Shown: one piece after another, positions 58,897-64,000 of the stretch
Layout: each line of letters begins with the position of its first letter
Numbering within the stretch: position 1 is the first letter of the stretch
Source of the DNA: an uncultured Actinomyces sp.
GTDB taxonomy: Bacteria; Actinomycetota; Actinomycetes; Actinomycetales; Actinomycetaceae
DNA length: 64,000 nucleotides
Assembly (NCBI GenBank): GCA_963552815.1
Contig: CAUVMS010000002.1
Location: 20-64,019 of the forward strand
Reading direction: 5' to 3'
Program-made: the position numbers and the translations under genes
Notes under the pieces: model-generated
Seen by the model: only the letters and a program-made list of their open reading frames with translations
Told to the model about the DNA's origin: nothing
The model's database searches: none

Positions 58897-58898
58897 GC

Positions 58899-59549
58899 TC
58901 AGGCAACGCCCGCTCGCTTGAAGTGCTTGCGCAGCACCCTCATTCCCAGCAGGGCGCTGACGTAGGCAAGGAGCGCGATGACGAGCATCCACACCAGGAG
59001 GAACATCGGGCTGATCAGCGCCTGGAGATCACTGGCGTACGTGTCCCCCATGGACTCGCGGATGTGGGCGAAGTAAGCCTCTGAAGCCCATATCACCGGC
59101 AGGATCGGGCTGATGGTCCACATGGAGAAGACGGCGAATCCCAGGGCGTTAGTGATGGTTCTGTCGTATCCGCCGGCACGAGTGATGGCGTCAGCGGCGA
59201 GTCCCAGGACGGTCGCGACCAGCGGCGTGACCCAGGCGTGTCCGGTGACGACCATGAGGATGCCGATGATGAGACCCAGGATGGTGTAGGCACCCATGGC
59301 CCGCGTCCGGGACACGTACAGCATGCAGACAATCGCTTCCACGATGACACCGATGATCCCTCCGACGAAGATCATGATCGGATGGATCGCCCCGAGCATC
59401 CCGGAGCCGAACAGGGCGATGAAGTACAGGGCGGTGAAGACTCCCACGTTGATGAGGTTGCGCGGTGAGGTGATGCTCCTCGCCCGGCCGCCACTGCGGC
59501 CGGCCGGAGTGTTCGCTGCTGTTCTGGCTGAACTGACTGTGTTGGCCAT
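58899..59549 (-). CDS. MptD-family putative ECF S component
   Basis: NLINVGVFTALYF N-terminus and LRKHFKRAGV C-terminus; AAGGAG RBS. Confidence 0.85.
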   Translation of the reverse strand: MANTVSSARTAANTPAGRSGGRARSITSPRNLINVGVFTALYFIALFGSGMLGAIHPIMIFVGGIIGVIVEAIVCMLYVSRTRAMGAYTILGLIIGILMVVTGHAWVTPLVATVLGLAADAITRAGGYDRTITNALGFAVFSMWTISPILPVIWASEAYFAHIRESMGDTYASDLQALISPMFLLVWMLVIALLAYVSALLGMRVLRKHFKRAGVA

Positions 59550-59582
59550 ACCGGCTCCTTGACTCATCAGCTCCCCACCAGC

Positions 59583-59601
59583 TTTGGTGAGGCACGCCTA
59601 A
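59583..59601. promoter_or_regulatory. Candidate DtxR/IdeR-family box
   Basis: TTTGGTGAGGCACGCCTAA, 14/19 match to TTAGGTTAGGCTAACCTAA. Confidence 0.6.
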
Positions 59602-59744
59602 GTTTCTACTCCTCCTTAGTGGTTCCCGCAAGGGCCGAACCGGCGCTGAGCAGCACCAGGGCACACAGAACTAACCGTTGAAAAGACGGGAAAACCGGAT
59701 GGTGGGTTGACGATGGCGGAGTCCGGCGCGGCGGACGAAGGAGC

Positions 59745-61301
59745 CTAGCCCGGGGCCCCCAGGCCTCCGCGTCCCACGAGGTTGATGCGGTGCATCTCCT
59801 CAGGGCGCAGGCGCCGCACCTGTTGGGTCAGGGACTGGGCGGCGTCATTCACGGTCGCCAGGGGGTCGGGTAGGTCGATCGGCGCGGCGGGCGGTGAGTC
59901 CAGGCGCAGGCTCTCCCAGGTCACCGAGAAGTCGGCACCCACCTCCAGGCAGGCCGCCACGAATGCTCCGCGCAGGGCTGCGCGTGTTGCCGGGGGCATG
60001 TGGTGGGCGCGCTCGATCTCTGCAGGCTCGCACAGGCGCACCATGGCCCCCTGGGCAACCAGGCGTGGGGCCAGCCCGGTCTCGGCGTTGAGGTCGTGGT
60101 AGGCCAGGTCGACCCGCGAGCGCAGCGCGTCCAGCACCTCCCCCGCAAGCTCGGGGTGGCGCTCGCGCTGGGCGCGCATGAGGCGGCGCTTGATGGCCCA
60201 GTCGATCTCGGTGTCGATGGAGCTGTCGTCATGGTTGCGCAGCGAAGAGATGACGCGCGGGGCAAGGTCTGTCAGCAGGTGCTCAGCACCACGGAGGAAG
60301 TCCGGCACTCCGGCGTCGTCCAGGTAGGAGGTGAGGCGTTCCAGGAAGGCCTCCTGAAGGTCGACGGCGCTCAGGCGGCGTCCGTCGGCGGTGACGGCCG
60401 GGACATCGCCCCAGGGGCTCTCCCCCAGCGCGGACAGTGTGGCCAGCGGGTCGGCCAGGACGAGGTCGGTGAAGTCCCACCCGGCCTCGAGGGCGTCCAG
60501 GAGCAGAAGGGTCAGGGCGCTGCGCAGTCCCGTCGTCGGCTCAGCCATGGTGGTGTCGGCGCAGGTGACGTGCAGGCGGCGCAGGCGGGTGGCGTCGGCG
60601 TGGGGCTCGTCGCGGGTGTTGACCAGGGCCCGCTGACCGGTGGTGTCGGCCGAGGCCAGGGCCTTGAGGTGCGGGGCGCGCGGTGACAGGCCCCAGGAGG
60701 CGTCCTCGCCTTCCGGCCCCTGACCGTCCGGGGCACTGCCGGCAGCGGCCGACTCCAGTGGTCTCCCGGAGCCGACCAGCGCGGGGCGGGTGGCCAGGAA
60801 GGAGGTGAGCACCGCCATGGTGGCTTCACCTCGCCCAGCATCGGTGCCCTGAGTCCCGGGCGCGTCGTCGAGCAGGTAGCGGGGCACGGAGTAGCTCTCG
60901 TGGCAGCCGTAGGTGTGGCCGGCGGAGTCGGTGTTGTTGGCCAGCAGGTGGATGCGGGCGGAAATCCCCTTCTGGGCGAGGCCCGCGGCGGCGCGCTCCG
61001 CCATGCCTGCCAGGATCTCGCGCCCGGCCTGGTCCTGGGCCACGAGGTCGCGCACGCGCACGCACTCGGCGGTGGCGTACTCGGGGTGGGCGCCGATGTC
61101 GAGGTAGAGGCGCCCGCCGTTGGGCAGGAAGAGGTTGGTGCTGCGGTATCCGGTGGGCCGGTGGCGGAAGATGAGCGCCGCCGCCTGCTCAACGTCTGGA
61201 AGGTCCTCCTTCGCCGCTTCTGGAGGCCCGGCGGGGGCACACAGGACGCCGAACTCGGTCTCCAGGCCGGTGACGCGCGGCGCCGGGGCGCTGGCGCTCA
61301 C
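59745..61301 (-). CDS. pafA: Pup--protein ligase
   Basis: [43 protein letters not shown] and DLAYHD motifs. Confidence 0.92.
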   Translation of the reverse strand: MSASAPAPRVTGLETEFGVLCAPAGPPEAAKEDLPDVEQAAALIFRHRPTGYRSTNLFLPNGGRLYLDIGAHPEYATAECVRVRDLVAQDQAGREILAGMAERAAAGLAQKGISARIHLLANNTDSAGHTYGCHESYSVPRYLLDDAPGTQGTDAGRGEATMAVLTSFLATRPALVGSGRPLESAAAGSAPDGQGPEGEDASWGLSPRAPHLKALASADTTGQRALVNTRDEPHADATRLRRLHVTCADTTMAEPTTGLRSALTLLLLDALEAGWDFTDLVLADPLATLSALGESPWGDVPAVTADGRRLSAVDLQEAFLERLTSYLDDAGVPDFLRGAEHLLTDLAPRVISSLRNHDDSSIDTEIDWAIKRRLMRAQRERHPELAGEVLDALRSRVDLAYHDLNAETGLAPRLVAQGAMVRLCEPAEIERAHHMPPATRAALRGAFVAACLEVGADFSVTWESLRLDSPPAAPIDLPDPLATVNDAAQSLTQQVRRLRPEEMHRINLVGRGGLGAPG

Positions 61302-61486
61302 TGGCCGCCCTTCTGGACGAAGCCGCGCACGAACTCCTGGGCCTCGACGGCCAGGACGTCGTCGATCATGTCCAGAACCGAGTCCAGCCCCTGGCCCCGG
61401 GCGGGTCCAGCCGGCGGGGGCGTCGGGTCCTCGTCGGGGGCGGGGTCGTCCTGACGACTGCGGGACGGCTGGGCGAACTCACTCAT
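61298..61486 (-). CDS. pup: Prokaryotic ubiquitin-like protein
   Basis: LD.IDDVL...AQEFVRGFVQKGGQ C-terminus. Confidence 0.96.
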   Translation of the reverse strand: MSEFAQPSRSRQDDPAPDEDPTPPPAGPARGQGLDSVLDMIDDVLAVEAQEFVRGFVQKGGQ

Positions 61487-63267
61487 GTCTGCTCTCCTGA
61501 CGGGGTGGCGGGTACGGTCACGGCTTCGGTGGTCGGCGCTGGGCGGCCCAGGTCCTCGCCCGTGAGGCGGGTGAGGACCTCGACGACGTCGGCGGCGCCC
61601 TCGACGGCCGGTGACGCGGCGGTGCGGGTGAAGGACAACGGGTCGGTCAGGGGCAGGCGACGCTGGCCCTTCTCCCCGGTCTCCAGGACCATGGAGTGCC
61701 AGCCGGCGGCGACCACCTGTCCGGGATAGGCGTTCACGAGCCTACCGCGTAGCCAGGCCCGGGTGGTGGCGGGCGGCTCACTCAGAGCGGCCTCCAGCAT
61801 CTGGTCGCCGAGCCCGCTCCTGGCGACGACGCCGGCCGGTACCCGCTCGGACAGGCCTCGCCCGGCCAGGGACAGCTCGGACCAGGCCAGGTCGACGGCG
61901 TGGAGGACGTCGTGTCCGCCCGCGCCGGGGTGTCGGCGCGCGGTGGCCTCCAGGAGCTGCTGCTTGGCGACCCACTCCAGGTGGCCGGCAGGGCCTCCCG
62001 AGTCTCCCGGCTCGCCGCCGCTGGCGCACTGGGCCTGAAGCTCGCGCAATGAGGCCAATGAGGCCTCCCAGAAGGCGAGGATGGCGCCGGTCTCGGCCCC
62101 GTCGGTGTCCGCACCGTCGGCCAGCGCGGCCAGGTTCGGGCGCAGGGGGTCGCCCGCCGGAGCCGGCGCGGGGCGCCCTTGGCTCTCCAGGTGGCTGCGC
62201 ACCGTCTCGAGGTAGTGCTCCAGGATCTCCAGGGCGCTCAGACGTCGACCGTCGGCGAGCTCGAGCGCGCCGCGAAGGCGGATGTCGCGGGAGACGTCCC
62301 GGGCCTGGGCCACGGGGTCAGCCAGGCGCAGGCTGCGCCAGGAGTCGGGAACGCCGTCGGCCAGGACCTGGAGCACCAGGGAGGTCATGCCGAGCTTGAG
62401 CCAGTTCATGGTATCGAAGCAGTTGGCGTCCCCGGCCACCAGGTGGAGGCGCCGCCAGCGCTCGGGATCGGCGTGGGGCTCGTCGCGGGTGTTGACCAGT
62501 GGTCGGTCCACCGTCGTGCCCAGGCCCACGATCTTCTCCAGGTAGTCGGCCCTCTGAGTGATCTGGAAGTCGGCATTCTGGGCGACAACGCCGATTCCGA
62601 CCCGGCCGGAGCCCAGCAGGAGCGGGCGGACGACGAGCAGCGGCACGAGGGCCTCAACGAGGTCGTCGAAGTCGATCGCCCGGGGCACGAGGTAGTTCTC
62701 GTGGGTGCCGTAGGTGGCGCCCTTGCCGTCGACGTTGTTCTTGAACAGGCGGGCGGCTACCCCGCGACGGCGCAGCAGCTCCGCTCCCCTGGCCACCAGC
62801 AGATCCCCGGCCCGGTCGGCCAGGGCCGCCTGCGCCGCCCCGGTGCACTCGGGAGTGGCGTACTCGGGGTGCCCGTGGTCCACGTAGAGGCGCCCACCGG
62901 CAGCCACGCAGGTGGCGGTACCGCGCTGCCAGGCCTCCTCCTGCGCGGTCAGCCGCTCGACGATGGTGGTGCGCAACCGTCCGGGAACGGGTCCCTCGAC
63001 GGACGCGGCTCCAGGGATGTCGGTGAGCATGGAGGGGTCAGCGGCGCTGCGGTCCACATCGAAGCCGCGGGCGTCGCGCAGAGGGTACTCACCCGAGTAG
63101 TCCCAGCGCACGCCCAGGCTGCGCCCCTGCTCGCCCTCGGCCTCCAGGCAGGCGGCCACGACATCCTCGGGCTCTGCACCGAGGATCCCGTACTCGGTCT
63201 CCAGACCCATGACCGTCACCTCACGGCCGGGGGTCCGCTGGGAGCTCGTCGATCCCACCGTTCTCAC
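61483..63267 (-). CDS. dop: Pup deamidase/depupylase
   Basis: [30 protein letters not shown] and [17 protein letters not shown] motifs. Confidence 0.93.
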   Translation of the reverse strand: MRTVGSTSSQRTPGREVTVMGLETEYGILGAEPEDVVAACLEAEGEQGRSLGVRWDYSGEYPLRDARGFDVDRSAADPSMLTDIPGAASVEGPVPGRLRTTIVERLTAQEEAWQRGTATCVAAGGRLYVDHGHPEYATPECTGAAQAALADRAGDLLVARGAELLRRRGVAARLFKNNVDGKGATYGTHENYLVPRAIDFDDLVEALVPLLVVRPLLLGSGRVGIGVVAQNADFQITQRADYLEKIVGLGTTVDRPLVNTRDEPHADPERWRRLHLVAGDANCFDTMNWLKLGMTSLVLQVLADGVPDSWRSLRLADPVAQARDVSRDIRLRGALELADGRRLSALEILEHYLETVRSHLESQGRPAPAPAGDPLRPNLAALADGADTDGAETGAILAFWEASLASLRELQAQCASGGEPGDSGGPAGHLEWVAKQQLLEATARRHPGAGGHDVLHAVDLAWSELSLAGRGLSERVPAGVVARSGLGDQMLEAALSEPPATTRAWLRGRLVNAYPGQVVAAGWHSMVLETGEKGQRRLPLTDPLSFTRTAASPAVEGAADVVEVLTRLTGEDLGRPAPTTEAVTVPATPSGEQT

Positions 63268-64000
63268 TCCTCTCTGGGGCGCTGGAGCACGGTCATGGAG
63301 ACCACCGGGGTGCCGCGCCGTCCGCTGACGCGGGCCCAGTCGTCGGGGTGGACGGTGGCGGGCAGGCCCTCGTTCTCCATGATCTCCTCAATGACGGCGC
63401 AGCGCAGGTGCTCCTGCGTCAGACCGCGCTTTCCGCTGGTGACCAGGTCCTTGACCGCCGCCTTCTTGGCCCGGTCGACGATGTTGGCGAGCATGGCGCC
63501 GCTGACGAGGTCGGCGACGTGGAGGATCTCGACCTGCCCGTCGGAGTGGGTGAGCTCGACCATCTCGGTGGCGCGGCGGCGGGTGTAGAGGGCCTCCACC
63601 ACCTGGTCGATGAGCGCGTCCACCGCCCCCTGAGGGCCACCGTGGGCGGTCAGGAGCTCCTCGCTGATCGGCAGGTCCGGCGTCAGGTAGGTCGCCAGGA
63701 TCTCGGCGGCGCCGCGCTGGTCGGGCCGGCCGATGCGGATCTTGACGTCCAAGCGGCCCGGTCGCAGGATCGCCGGGTCGATCATGTCCTCGCGGTTGGT
63801 GGCCCCGATGACCACGACGTTGTCGAGCTCGTCGACACCGTCGATCTCAGCGAGCATCTGGGGGACCACGGTGGTCTCCACGTCCGAGGAGCGTCCGGAC
63901 CCGCGGGTGCGGAACAGGGAGTCCATCTCGTCGAAGAAGACGACGACGGGGACCCCGGTGGCCGCCTTCTCCCGGGCCCGGGCGAAGATGACGCGGATGC
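63264..64000 (-). CDS. arc: AAA+ ATPase ARC/Mpa (3' part; runs off the right edge)
   Basis: [43 protein letters not shown] and PDDWARVSG motifs. Confidence 0.94.
   Translation of the reverse strand, partial: IRVIFARAREKAATGVPVVVFFDEMDSLFRTRGSGRSSDVETTVVPQMLAEIDGVDELDNVVVIGATNREDMIDPAILRPGRLDVKIRIGRPDQRGAAEILATYLTPDLPISEELLTAHGGPQGAVDALIDQVVEALYTRRRATEMVELTHSDGQVEILHVADLVSGAMLANIVDRAKKAAVKDLVTSGKRGLTQEHLRCAVIEEIMENEGLPATVHPDDWARVSGRRGTPVVSMTVLQRPREE

Overview
High-GC actinobacterial chromosome segment. The gene content and style suggest an oral Actinomyces-like organism (inference). From left to right it carries: the 5' part of smc; an ABC-2 exporter; ndk; an orphan dhaL; a TreR-regulated trehalose PTS/treC module; folC; a ~17 kb Wzx/Wzy polysaccharide locus; T-box-controlled ileS; an aldo/keto reductase bracketed by 95-bp direct repeats; an SDR, a transporter and proC; a sulfate-assimilation operon bracketed by 90-bp direct repeats and preceded by an unannotated leaderless Cys-Cys leader peptide; a TetR/ABC-2 exporter; a double ECF plus heterodimeric ABC import cluster with candidate DtxR and Zur boxes; and an arc-dop-pup-pafA pupylation operon with no prcBA. 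The polysaccharide locus has an AATGal-type dehydratase/aminotransferase/initiating-transferase trio, a pyruvyltransferase, Ugd, a TupA-like ATP-grasp ligase, two wzx copies and several decayed duplication remnants. The most interesting items are the candidate zwitterionic polysaccharide locus and its rearrangement scars, the Cys-sensing leader peptide, the repeat-bracketed cassettes and the dual metal-regulated ECF cluster. No CRISPR array, rRNA, tRNA, transposase or integrase was seen. All family calls come from motif recognition by eye, not database searches.
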